Source of the DNA: Amoebidium appalachense
Taxonomy: Eukaryota; Protista; Ichthyosporea
Assembly (NCBI GenBank): GCA_963693365.1
Contig: CAVNZM010000006.1
Coordinates: forward strand, 930,001-994,000
Direction: 5' to 3'
DNA length: 64,000 bases
Shown here: piece by piece, positions 1 through 24,590 of the stretch
Numbering within the stretch: position 1 is the stretch's first letter
Layout of the letters: each line of letters starts with the position of its first letter
Made by a program: the position numbers and the translations under genes
Notes under the pieces: generated by a model
Database searches by the model: none
What the model was told of the DNA's origin: nothing
Seen by the model: the letters and a program-made list of their open reading frames with translations, nothing else

Positions 1-972
1 GTAATTACCGTCTACCACACAACACCGACGGTACACTAGTTGGGGTATGTACGTGCTATGTGCTCACAAAGCTATGTAAGCCATATTTCACAATCCTAAC
101 AATTAATAGCACACCCTTTGCCCAGCTGCAGGTAATACTACCCCAGCTACCGGTAGCGGGGGGCAGCAGACCGATGGCGGCACTAGGGACTCAGTGACCC
201 CACACAAATAACCGACACGTCCGAGCTCCGGCTGCTGACACTCCCGAAACTTCAAGAGGAGTCACTTCGTCAACCTAATCTTGTGCAGGTGGGTCACAGT
301 GTTCCAAAATGCTATGAAATGGAAGCCAGCCAATCAAAGGCCGCAGTGACGTCATTTCTTGGACAGTTCTGTACAGTGCCACGGTGTGTGGACCATGCTG
401 TACATACGTTGGCAAGACCTCCAATTGCAAGACTTTTGATCGGTTTGGAGAATGTGTGACACCAAAAAACATTGCAGGCAGGCACATAAGCAGTGCTGCA
501 GTGCCGCAAGTACTACAGTGTGAGTGGTACCTGAATGCCCAATCAAAATTCTGATTGCGCAAATCCTTCTGTGTAGCCGAGAGATAGCCCAATTCCGGAA
601 ATAAGTGGAAATCATTTCCGGAAATTTCCATTTCCGGAAATCGGAATTTGGATGGAAATCACACCGGCCCAGATAGGTAAGTCAGAACTATTTTTCGAAT
701 CAAAATTTTGGAAAATGGAAATGTCCGGAAATTTCCGGAAATGCCCGATTTCCATGAATAGGGTGGAAATTTCCAAAATTTCCAGGTAGCTGTGAACTTA
801 GAGGCATTTCCATCTGATTTCCGGAAACTGGTGGATATAATATGGTGATATGTACGTGTACAAGTATCTACACAGTTTCATTCATTAGAAAGAAAAGCTT
901 TCCCTATTTTTCTAAGGTTCCTGCATTGTCAATACACGACAATATCCACACATACTGTCTAGGTGTGTGTGT

Positions 973-1017
<45 letters not shown>

Positions 1018-1655
1018 AAGGTGGAAATTTCCAAAAAAAATTCCAATGGCTTAGGTAAGAAGAGGGCGGATTTCCGATCATTTCCGTCTGATTTTGGAAA
1101 CTCGTGGATATCATGTGGTGATATGTGCTTGTACAAGTATTTACATAGTTTTATTCATTTTATAAAAAAGCTTTTCCTGTCGTAAATAATCTGAGGTTCC
1201 TGTGACGTATGAAGTGCTTAATGCATGCATATAATTATGCATCATCATGTAATTACTTGCAAGCACATGTGCATACAATGGATCTTTTTCAAGGAAATTT
1301 CAGGAAATTTTGCCGTTCAATGTAATGATAATACTAGCATATATAAATACGATAGGTGTTGTGGAGCTATAGGTTTCTTGGCGTTCGCCTTTCACCTTCA
1401 CATGTCATTAGTAGGCATGGGGGAACTTCGGGGGGGAGGGGGAGGGGAGGGGAGGGGGGGGGGTAGGGGGGGGGGGAGGCCTCGCAACAGGCAGAAATTT
1501 CGCCCTATCACTTTCCATGGAATTTCCAATCACTGAGCAACGTTCCCATCAAACCACTGAGGTCCTTAAAAGGCTGATTTTAGTGACTATTTTTGATTAG
1601 CGTCGGAAATTTCCGGAAACTTAAGGAAATATTTCCATTGGATGCGACATCTGTT

Positions 1656-4384
1656 TACTTGGCTTGATTCATCAAGCTTTATTTAGAGATGTATTTAGGC
1701 CAACTGATTGGTTGGAATAGTGTTCCAACAATCAGTGGCCACTAGGGAGCCGACTATGGTATATAGGCGGCGACTCGTTCTACTCGTCTTATTGTTTCCC
1801 CGTCCGCCCCTACTTAGCCGTAGAGGGCCGACAGACGGCAGGAGGCTCGGCTTAGCTCGATAGGGCAGCGTGGCGCCCGGGTAGCAGCTGTCGAGCGTGA
1901 TTAGCAGTGGTGGGTAAATCTAAATAGATAGATGATTTGCGTAGGGGTGAGCGGCACCCACGGCCTGAGGGCAACTGGGCTGCGGCCCTTTCTAGTTAGG
2001 TTCTACGAGCGCGCGTAGTGCTGTAGGCAAACTGTTTGCGAGCGCGCGTAGTGCTGCAGATAGGTGTAGTGTCTCAATTTCTGGAAGATGCAAGTGATGC
2101 ATCCCAACTGCCATTGTATCAGAGAGTTCGTGCCTGTGTAGATGAGTGGGAGCGTGGGGGTGCGTTTAAAGAGGTTTTGTTCTGGATTAAGTACAGCGTC
2201 ACACCAGAATGGAAGAGTGCGCGTCCTGCCCCTTTTGATGAAGGTGGCTATCTGGATATCGGCGAAGTTTCAGAGGCAGAAGCGGTGGTGGAAGTTGAAC
2301 GGTTAGTGAGTAAGGGGGCCCTCGAGACAGTGCCTGAAAGCGCAAAATGGTGTGTTTCGAAGTCTTTTGGGCTGAGGAAGCCCAACGGAAACGTCCGGCT
2401 CATTATTGATATGTGTCCTGTGAATGAATACGCCGTCGAACGTGGTGTCAAGTACGAAACCCTCAGCGACTTGCGGGCGCTCGCGCAGCCGGGTGACCAA
2501 ACTTTCAGTTTCGACCCCGAAGACGGATACTTTGCACTAGCCATTCAACCCCGGTTCCGCAAGTATTTCCAAATTCGTGTGGGGGGACAACTCTACCAGT
2601 ACACGGTGCTTCCCTTCGGTTACTCACTCAGTCCCTACTTTTTCATGCGCCTTATGCGCGAGTTCGCGCGTCGGTTACGTGCACGCGGCATCCGTTCGTT
2701 GGTTTTCCTCGATGACTAAGCCATCTTCGAACAGGCAGCACGGGCACTCGACACACGCGGGGTGGTGGAGCAGGAATTGAAAGTCACCGGCCTTCAGAAG
2801 CATCCGAATAAGGGTCATTGGGACCCAGTGAGTGCCCTCGACCATTTGGGCATCCACATAATTTGGAGGAAGGGTATTTGTCTCCCACAGTGGCGTCTTT
2901 GGAAAAATTATCGGGGGAAACATGTTCTTTGATGGCTAAGGCGCGCAAAGGACGGCGGTGGGTGGAAAAGAAGCAGGTGGCTAGATGGCTAGGATTGGTT
3001 GTTAGTTTGCGTGCGGCGGTGCCTCATGTACTCCCGGTTGTCCGGCCGGTGTATGGTGCTCTACTCGGCGGGAACTGGCGTAGCTTTGTGCGGTTAACGG
3101 GTCGGCAGCTACGCATTATCGGTAAAACCATGGGTATAATAGGTCGGCTTCCCCGCACGGAAATCTGGCCTGAGCCTATCACGGCCACTCTCATCACAGA
3201 TGCTGCCACGTGCACCTCACACGGGTGGGGGGCAGTACTACAGTTGGGCCTACCAACCACGCAGGTTGTGGAGGCTTTCGGTCGTTGAGCGGAGAGCGAT
3301 GCACCGCGGGCGGCTGCAGTGGCGGAGTGCGAGGGCCTACTCGAGGCCTACCCGAAATGCAGGCACTAATCCAACGCCAGCGCGTACGCTGTCAGTCAGA
3401 CGCCCAGGCTGCGTTGGGCGCGGTGCGCAAAAAGGGCAGCAGCAGCCCCGCCATGCAGCGAGTGCTATGGCAGCTGCTGCAGTTGTGTTTGGAAAAGGGG
3501 CTCCCCTGGCCCCAAGAGCTGTCATACATCCCGGGCGAAGTGAACGACCGTGCGGGTTGGTTGTCGCGGATTGATCCCCGCCACGAGTGGTCGGTTACCC
3601 CTGCGGGGGTCGAGCGTATCGAGCAGACACTCGGATTGCACACGGCGGTGGATCGGTTTGCTACACCCGTGACAGCAGTCAAACCCACGTTTCACACATG
3701 GACCGCGGTGGTCCCCGTGAGCGGTGGGCAGGATGGGCTTGCCACCGAATGGCAGGCCCCAAGCTGGTGGGTGCCACCGTTTCCGTTGATCAAGCGGACA
3801 GTGGCGAAGATTCAGCGGGAACGTGCGCAGGGAATATTAGTGGCCCCGGTGTGGGACACCGCCTTATGGTGGCCGGTGGTGCAAGGGGTGGCACAGGCCC
3901 ACACGGACCTAGCCCCCGAAGAAGTGGTGTTTCCGGTCGGTGTCCGGTCTTGGCGAATGCGTGCCTTCCTATTGGACGGCAGCACCCGCCCCCCTTAATG
4001 ATTGGATGAAAATCACTCGCCGCCCTGCTCCTGCCATCCAGCTTTGTGTATTATTTCTGTATAATAAGAATGTGGTCGCAGATAGCAACAACATATCTAA
4101 ATACTTCGCTTGATTCATCAAGCTCTATTTAGAGATGTATTCAGGCCAACTGATTGGTTGGAAATAGTGTTCCAACAATCAGTGGCCACTAGGGAGCCGA
4201 CTATGGTATCATGCGGCGACTCGTTCTTACTCGTCTTAGCTAGCTTTGTTTCCCCGTCGGCCCTACTTAGCCCCACCCACCCGCCCGAGCTGTGTTGCAT
4301 TTCCCCGTCTTTAGCTAGTCTCTTGCTGATTGGCTACGGCACACACACACACACAGACACACCCCCACACATGCACACATACAT

Positions 4385-4454
<70 letters not shown>

Positions 4455-4646
4455 GCCCACGCATTGAGGGTAGTGGAGGGGGGGGATAGGGTAGAGGGGT
4501 TTTCTTCGTGCGGTGTGTTTATTTGGATTTTGTTCGTAGAGAGGCAGTGCATGCCATGGTATGTGTACGTTTCTGATGATCGTGCCCGGGGGGCACTTGG
4601 CTGAGCCGAGCCAATAAGCAAATCGTAAGCAACAACATATCTAAAT
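1656..4646 (+). mobile_element. DIRS-order (PAT-like) retrotransposon with split direct repeats; decayed, no gag or tyrosine recombinase visible
   Basis: The repeats are arranged A1-pol-B1-A2-B2. A1 (1656-1819) is nearly identical to A2 (4102-4272). B1 (4084-4102) equals B2 (4628-4646), AGCAACAACATATCTAAAT. No TSD. Confidence 0.85.
2036..3998 (+). pseudogene. Disrupted pol: reverse transcriptase, RNase H and DIRS-type adenine-methyltransferase-like domain
   Basis: RT motifs RLIIDM, FSFDPEDGYFAL, YQYTVLPFGYSLSPYFF and VFLDD are followed by a stop at 2717-2719. RNase H motifs LITDAA..GWGA and YIPGEVNDRAGWLSR. MT motifs VDRFAT, WWVPPFPLI and GILVAPVW...WWP. The region is broken by a stop and frameshifts across three ORFs. 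Confidence 0.9.
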
Positions 4647-5055
4647 GAGTAATTTATTGATTTGGTGCGGTGGAAATTCACAAAAGTGGAAATTTCCGGA
4701 ATATTTCCGGAATTAGGATATTATACGTGTAGCCTTACGTAAGTTTTCGGGGCAAAAAAAAAAAAAAAAGTTTTCGAAGCTTTTTCATGGTATCCAATGA
4801 GTGCACACTCGAAAAATGATTGGTGGCACACCTCCCGGCGCACCCACCCAAAACAAAACGGCACGAGAACTGCAGTGGTTGTAGCTACAGACTTGTAGTG
4901 TAGTGTCCGGCTAGTTATTACGTTAGGCGAAATCTATACGTACTGTCTTCTCGGTTTGCAGTCTATGACGTATGTGGCAGGTCTGAAACGGTCCTTTTGT
5001 CTAAGTAGACGGTCCAGTAGCCAGTTTCCACATCAGATCTTGCCCAGGCGACAAA

Positions 5056-17682
<12,627 letters not shown>

Positions 17683-17899
17683 GAAATTAGCTTAGAGTAT
17701 GGAGTAGTGTGTTTCAAATGAATTAGGCTGGATGATAGTGAATTAGATACCTGCATGATCTCTGAGTTGATGCTTTTGGTTTTTTCATGCCGCGGTTGCA
17801 TGCGGCAGCCACGCTTTGAAATTTGCTTGGTTGATCGATGATGATTGGTTTGTTGTTGTTCTGGTTTTTATTGCCTTTCCCCGTCTCTTTATTTTTTCT

Positions 17900-18460
17900 C
17901 TCTGCTTGCTAAATTTTGGGCCCTTTGGCAATTGGCATAGGCTTCTCGTTTAGCAAAATTGTATACTATAGGCACTTGTTTTTGAGTGCTTGTGTGTGTG
18001 GTTGGCAGGATGCAAGAGGGAGAGTCACCGGGCGATTTAGCAGCATGAGGTACTATATTAGTGGGGGTGGAGGATTTGCCTGGTATGGTAAAGAGAGTTA
18101 ACAGTGTTATAATTTGAATGATCATCCACACGCAAAAGATACTTCTGTATCAGCCTATCAGATGCGAATGCCTGTAAATAAATCACTGTACCGTATTGTT
18201 CTTTTTTTTGCTCTTTGGCGTCACTGGACAGCTCGGGCTGATCCTGTGCAGATCTAATATGCATAATAGAGTGTCAATGAGCGGGAGGGCATGTGTCAAC
18301 CGTGAATTTGGCAATAAAGCTGCGGGTCTGTTAAATTTGAATATTTGGTGCAATAAATTTGCTGGAAAAGCTACAACTTGGCCGGCTGTCGAGCCTGCTA
18401 CAGTAAATGTAAATCTGCATGGAACACATCGGAACGGCCCGTTGCGGGTCATCAGGCTCC
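17900..18460 (-). pseudogene. Possible degenerate C-terminal fragment of a related non-LTR element, inverted
   Basis: Minus-strand peptides HQIFKFNRPAALLP, QAFASDRL and HPANHTHKHSK resemble HLALKFNKHISRL, RFIYNDRL and CPNNTHTHQFK in the adjacent + strand ORF, in the same order. Several frameshifts are needed. Confidence 0.35.
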
Positions 18461-18499
18461 CCCCCCCCCCCCCCCCCCGCCTCCTCCCCCTTGGCAAAG

Positions 18500-19664
18500 G
18501 CCTTGGAATTCCCCTCTCTTCGATCTTCCCCCTAGCTCCATAGTTCCAGAATACAAATATCTTGGTGTTCCGGTTCTGTTGGTGTTATGTTTTCCCATAT
18601 GGTCGAAAAGAGGGTAGAGTTGGCTCGTAAGCGGTTAGCTTTCTTCTCGGCTAATATTTTTGAAGACACACCCCTCCATCCTTCTATTAGACTTGCATTT
18701 ATTCGCACTTTTGTCTTCCCGGCATGTGAATATGGTTTACCCCTTCTCGCCGCTTGGATCAAGAAAGAGAGAACTAGAGCGCTTAAACCCTTGGCAAATT
18801 TCCTTGAAGCAGAAGTTGCCTCCTTTCTATCTAACAACTGTTGTAAACCTGGGCCTGTAACGCTCTCGATATATGGTCGGGTCCCAATAGCTGCTAGAGT
18901 ATCCCATCTCGCGCTGAAATTCAATAAGCACATAAGCCGCTTAAAGAAGTATTTGCCCTCCCACCCTCTCTTCTCTATCCGACCTGTCCCCTCCTCACCT
19001 CTCCCCTCTTTCCTTCCCTCTCTCTCTCCTTCTCCCCCGGGCACAAATACAAATAAACCCCGCAAAAGTGTGCGTATGACTTTGGACTGCCACTTACTTA
19101 TTAAACATGTACACAATCACAAGATAATCACGCAATATAACAAATGGAAAAAGTTACCACACGACACTAGACCCGATGAAAGCAGACACCTTGAAAAACT
19201 AAGCCTTATGTCTCGTTTTATATATAATGACCGCCTCAACCATATTGCCAAATATGGCACTCGCAAATGTATAACACCTAAATACATATTACCTTCCTGT
19301 AGAACTGGCCTTTCTCTAGCTGATGGTATTATTGATCAATTACCACGCTTTTACTGTACACGTGCTATACAGTGGAGATCAAATAAGTATAAGGTGGCAT
19401 CGTTTGCATGCCCAAACAACACACACACACACCAGTTTAAACGGTCATGTATCGCCAAATGTAGTTTCAAATTGATAGACCACATAATACCGCAACACAC
19501 ACACGTCACATTCACAACAGACACCCAGAAAGATAGCCTACCTGTAAATTACAACATTTACAACATCCTTGATTTAATACTAAACACGCGTAACTACGAC
19601 CTGTTTATTAGATGTATTGAATGGCTTGAGAAACACAACACTACCAAATTCTAGCGCACGCACG

Positions 19665-19735
<71 letters not shown>

Positions 19736-19830
19736 CCAGCTGATACCGAGTGTCCCAGGGACCCCCCCCCCCCCCCCCAAAAAAAAAAAAAAAAAAAAAA
19801 AAAAAAACGGGGAACCCCAACTAATTGATT
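18500..19830 (+). mobile_element. 5'-truncated non-LTR (LINE-like) retrotransposon: RT domain 7, thumb, Cys/His C-terminus and 3' UTR
   Basis: VPEYKYLGVP at ~18543. ORF 18587-19654 contains RLAFIRTFVFPACEYGL (thumb motif) and AIQWR...CP....H..RSCI..C. It is followed by (CA)n, a short unique segment and an A-tract. Confidence 0.8.
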
Positions 19831-19831
19831 T

Positions 19832-20030
19832 TCACTTTCACTTCGATCTCTTAGCTGTCACGTCAACTTTTTTTTCCCGATTCTTCACCTTGGCAGGTAT
19901 ATAAAGGCTTTCGTTTCTTCTTTAATTTTGTGGACTTCACTTTCACTTCGATCTCTTCTAGCTGTCACGTCAACTTTTTTTCCCGATTCTTCACCATGGC
20001 AGGTATATAAAGGCTTTCGTTTCCTCTTTT
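19832..20030. repeat. Tandem duplication of a ~105-bp unit
   Basis: CACTTTCACTTCGATCTCTT...GGCAGGTATATAAAGGCTTTCGTTTC occurs at ~19833 and ~19938. Confidence 0.85.
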
Positions 20031-20938
20031 TGTGGAAGGGATTCCCACTCAGGGGAACGTGACTGCAGCATGTGTGTGGTGTGGCCTGGACAGGTGTATT
20101 CCTACTGCTGTGAGAGTGCGGGGGCATCTCCCTTTCGCGGAGTTTCTCGCTTGAGAAGTGGTTTCTTCAACGCCTGGTGGTCCACTGCAACCTATGGTAA
20201 CTTCTACATGCTGTCTACGCTTCTACGCGACCTTTTGGCGGTGGGCGGTGGGCTGCTGCAACTTCTTCAGCTACTTCTGCGCTGCGTGAGCGGAGGGGCG
20301 GCTACTATTTCGTCAGGGAGCTTTCCAAGTGACTGCCAGTCCTTAGCCTCCAGTCGTATGGCAATGACCGGGTTTGCTTGCATGCACTCTGTAATTGTGT
20401 TTTTCTGTGTGTCCTGCCACAACTAGGCCACCTTATCAGAGAGCTAGATGCAGTTTCTCCGGGTTATCTAGGGGCCGGGCCCGTTGGGATTGTTTTTTAG
20501 CTCAGATTTGGTCTGCATTGCTCTTTTAGAGGCTGACTTGCTTGCTGTGCCTCGGTAGGTTTTGAGGGGAACCTGTGACAGTTGGGAAGCAGCAGTAATG
20601 ATGTCTTCTTGCGGAATGTGGTCTGGTCAACATCGATGCATATGACTAGTTGGAGCAAACTAGTTTCACGCATACACGTACACTTAAGATTTTGCCCGCT
20701 GGTGTCCGTTGTCACTTGTCGCTTTATTTTTATTTCGTAGCTTTGGCTTTTTCAGTTCTATTGGTGGTTATGTAGCCTGTGGCTGCACGTTGCCTTCATC
20801 AACGGATCAATAAACCCGAGTCAAAAGAAAAAGTTTCACACACTTTTTATTGCTTGGACACTGTCGGGGGCCCAGCCACACTCGACGGCCTACTGTGTTT
20901 TCCAGCGCGGCCAATCAAATGCAGCTACATAGTGACAT

Positions 20939-20988
20939 CTTGAGAAACACATCACTACAAAATTATAGCGCACGCGCACACACACACA

Positions 20989-21047
<59 letters not shown>

Positions 21048-21079
21048 CCAGCTGATACCGAGTGTCCCGAGGGGAGCCC

Positions 21080-21117
<38 letters not shown>

Positions 21118-21140
21118 GGGGAACCCCAACTAATTGATTT
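20939..21140 (+). mobile_element. Second, severely truncated copy of the LINE 3' end
   Basis: CTTGAGAAACACA...TAGCGCACG-(CA)n-ACCAGCTGATACCGAGTGTCCC-An-CGGGGAACCCCAACTAATTGATTT repeats 19626-19830. Confidence 0.85.
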
Positions 21141-22135
21141 CTCCTTGTAGTCTTTATGGTGTCTCGTAGAGAAAGTAAACCCTGATATATAGTCACCACC
21201 CGACATCTATGTACGTGATCATGATATACCGCTGAGGGGATATTCCGAGCAAAACCCCCCCCCCCATACCTGAGACTGGTTCTCTTTGCCTCGAGTAAAC
21301 AGCGTAAACCCCATAGTGACATATGTACATGCTAGACAACAATTAGCGCCATCGTAGTATACGACACCCCTATTACATATTATGGTCCGACATCGGTGAC
21401 CCAAGGCATAGGCATATGCATGAACCACATGTATTCAGGGGCCGAGCAACTGTGACAGCAACAAGTGAGTAAATCCACTTACGCCCATCATCAAGCTCGA
21501 AAATAAAATAAGAAATAAAACACATCCTGCGACCTGCAGCACTGAGCTCCGGAACCCCAGTTGGTGATGATGGGCCTGCCCCTGTTCGTCAACTATATTT
21601 GATTGGCTCGGAACGCATCATGGTGCAGAGGACCAATAGGAGAGCCCAGATTACACCTTTGTCTTCTTCTCACCCTAGACGTTTCGACAGGTGGACCCCA
21701 GCGTCCATCGTACCTACAATCTAGAGTCTAGCCTTGTGTCTCATAAAATATCCTGCTATGGAATTTTTTAAAACTACATAAAACTACGACGTTTATTATG
21801 TTCGTGAGGCTCGCTGTGGAATCTGTTATACATCCTCTGTAGGTGTTTTGGTCATCTTGTTTCGGGTGCCTAATACGCTTGCTAGGGAGAACCGGTCCGA
21901 GCCAATCATCCGATGTCACCCGAATAATGCATGCCCGGTCAGCTGCACTTTTCACCAACAAAAAGAAAACGTGGCACTTGTATGCTTGGCAGCCCTAGTG
22001 ATACACACCGTACAACTTTATAAAACAACCAAACAATGGCACACGTGTAAGGTCGGGGCAAGGTGGCACAAGAATCTCCATCCCTCCCTCCACCTCAAAC
22101 ATAGCACGCCATTTCTTACGCATCGTAGTAGCAAG

Positions 22136-23260
22136 ATGGATAATACCGACCACAGGCTGCGGCGAAAGCTGTGGAGTGAGCGCTTACAAGTGGTCACCAG
22201 CCTGGTGAAGGACTCGAGGCGTGCGCACAAACCAACCAGAATACACCCTCAACACTCTCCTGAGTCTTTACTGTCTGCGGACTCGGAGACTAAAAAAATG
22301 CACACAAAGTATACACGCGCACAAGAAAAAGAAGGTTATGTGAGTAGAGCAAGCGAAAAAGGAGTAGGTGAGAGATCGCACTCCTTACGAGTGAAAGCGG
22401 GCAAGTTTTTCCGGGGGGAAAGCCTGAAAGGCAAAGTCGATAAAGGCTCACCTGTAACCCAGCCGACTCAACTGCGACCCCAGTTCATTGACATCACCAG
22501 AGACGTGTGGGCGTCACGTAGCTCATTTGAAGAGTCACCGCCAGTCCACCTCTACGTACACAAAACCGCAGTCGCATGTACATCACTCGCGCAGGCGGAA
22601 CGCGTAACTGTTCACACACCTCAGCCCACGCCGGCAGGGAATGGTCCTTTGCTAACGCTATCATCGGACCACTTGTTTGTTCGTCGTTTCAACTCGCTCT
22701 CCTTGGACCAACCACACCAGGATTCTTGTGAGATGATAGGGGTGACGGTGGGAGAGGGCACCATGCCTTCAGCAAACGACGAAAGACGAGGCCTAGGTAA
22801 TCACAGCGAGAAACACGAATCCGTTCATGTTAGGCCAAACACACGGTCCAGGCTGGTAGTGGATGCGCCGGCAGATGCGAAAGAACAAGACTATGGCGAC
22901 TACACACAGAGTGGGCAACCAAACTGGCAGAGGTCTGCTTCACTGAGAGTACCACGCCCCCGACAGGATTATCGCTTTGTGCGCAAAAATAGTCTGCAGC
23001 AGGGAAGAGAGAAGGACGTGGGGGCTAAGAGAAAGTTGGTTGTGAGTGATGAGAAAAGGGAAGAAAAGGGGAAGGAGAGTGGAAGGCAGCAGTTACCAAC
23101 TGAGATGGGCAACTATGTGCTGTATACATCTGAGGATAGTGAGGGGGGGCAGTTACTGTTTAGACTGAAAATGTTGGGTCCGGGGGGGGAGGTTAGAGGT
23201 TTGCACCATAATAACATAGTCAGGTTGCAGGAGAGAACGAAAGAGCTACGTTCGTTGTGA
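22136..23260 (+). CDS. Intronless hypothetical protein (~374 aa), basic and probably disordered
   Basis: The open frame 21848-23260 is non-repetitive, and the first plausible ATG is at 22136 (MDNTDHRLRRKLW). No domain was recognised. Confidence 0.6.
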   Translation: MDNTDHRLRRKLWSERLQVVTSLVKDSRRAHKPTRIHPQHSPESLLSADSETKKMHTKYTRAQEKEGYVSRASEKGVGERSHSLRVKAGKFFRGESLKGKVDKGSPVTQPTQLRPQFIDITRDVWASRSSFEESPPVHLYVHKTAVACTSLAQAERVTVHTPQPTPAGNGPLLTLSSDHLFVRRFNSLSLDQPHQDSCEMIGVTVGEGTMPSANDERRGLGNHSEKHESVHVRPNTRSRLVVDAPADAKEQDYGDYTQSGQPNWQRSASLRVPRPRQDYRFVRKNSLQQGREKDVGAKRKLVVSDEKREEKGKESGRQQLPTEMGNYVLYTSEDSEGGQLLFRLKMLGPGGEVRGLHHNNIVRLQERTKELRSL

Positions 23261-24554
23261 AAGTGTTTAGTAGGCACCCCATGGTGATATGCAAACACCC
23301 ACATGTAAATAGACTATGCAAACAAAGAGACCCGTAGCCATAACAGTCTATATTGCTAGCTATATACATACAGATACGAACAACTTTGAAGGCACCCCAC
23401 ATATGCGCACACAGACCCTTACTGCAGACACATGACCCTGATAGGCGCACACCGTCCCTCTAGAAACGATTGAACAAGTAGGTGCATATGCAAACTTAGA
23501 GCGTATTTTTTCCCTTGCTTCTTTCCAGGAGTGGCGATGCAGTTAAAGACACACGCGCACTGGAGTGGCAGTTAAGGACACACGCGCACTTTTGCCCATA
23601 CTGTATAGTGTGAAAGTCTTTATAATGTCTGTACTATATAGAGATGGTTGTTAATTATTTTTTAACTTTAATGGTGTGTCCTTTGTTATTGTCGCTTAAC
23701 GGGAATTACTGTTTGGAACCTGCTTTACGGTTTTCAATATTGATTATTGAACGAAGTTGTTGTTGGCTTTAACAATACCACCAATGAATCTTTTCGTCCA
23801 ATAAAATTTAATTTCATTAGTTAAGTGTGTGCAGTGCACTTGCGTGGTTAGATGTTCCCAGGCTTGTTGTATTCCAGCGAGCACCAGAAAAACTACGGAT
23901 GGTCAGTTTCTCGCACGCCTTGGTAAAAAGGGAGTAGTTTGAGTGGCATGCTATGTGTTGGCTCTGGTTGCACCAAGAAAACAACGACACCACTAAATGC
24001 GCACGTCACACATACACACATGCACAAGCACACCTTCACACACTCACAGCACGGAGGGAGAGGGAGAAAGAAAGCCCCAAATCATCCATGACACAGAGAC
24101 ACACATAAACGCGGTGTGTGTGTGCGTGTGCGTGTGCGCGCGCGCACGCACACATACACACACACACACGCGCGCGCGCACACACACACACACACATAAC
24201 ACACAAAAACAGATACACACACACGCACGCACGCGCACCACCCACCCTCTTAGAACCTTTTGAGCTCACACCGACGAAGTGCCCATGATATTAAAATAAA
24301 TCCCCATGTGATTGAACCATTAATGTTCCCGTTGAACTGCAGCTAAAAGCTCTAGAGTGGTTCGGCTGAGACTAGCAGCAATTCACACAGTTTCATGTGT
24401 AGTGACCCATTATGTAAATGATCATAACGGTTAGAGTATGATATGTGCAGTCTGCCCGCGTACAACCACCAGTCTTCCTTTGATGCCTATTTCCTTTTTT
24501 TGGAAAGCATCATGAGTACATATGCAGTACGAAAAGGGTTCCAGCCACTTGGGG

Positions 24555-24590
<36 letters not shown>

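Larger units (their letters stand above)
579..4726. mobile_element. Non-autonomous TIR DNA transposon (hAT/MULE-like) rich in GGAAATTTCC/TTTCCGGAAA palindromes, split by a nested retroelement
   Basis: GTGTAGCC flanks both ends (571-578 and 4727-4734), an 8-bp TSD. Imperfect TIRs: ATAGCCCAATTCCGGAAATA versus the reverse complement of the right end, ATATCCTAATTCCGGAAATA. The palindromic motif is dense at 590-1640 and resumes at 4670-4712. There is an internal duplication (~810-920 vs ~1085-1200). No transposase was found. Confidence 0.7.

Noticed and set aside
1-560. Possible terminal exons of an upstream gene
   Set aside because: A GT..AG pair (45-131) exists, but the peptides are short and unrecognisable.
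20030-20940. Coding region or ORF1 between the LINE 3' repeats
   Set aside because: All frames are interrupted and no recognisable motif was found.
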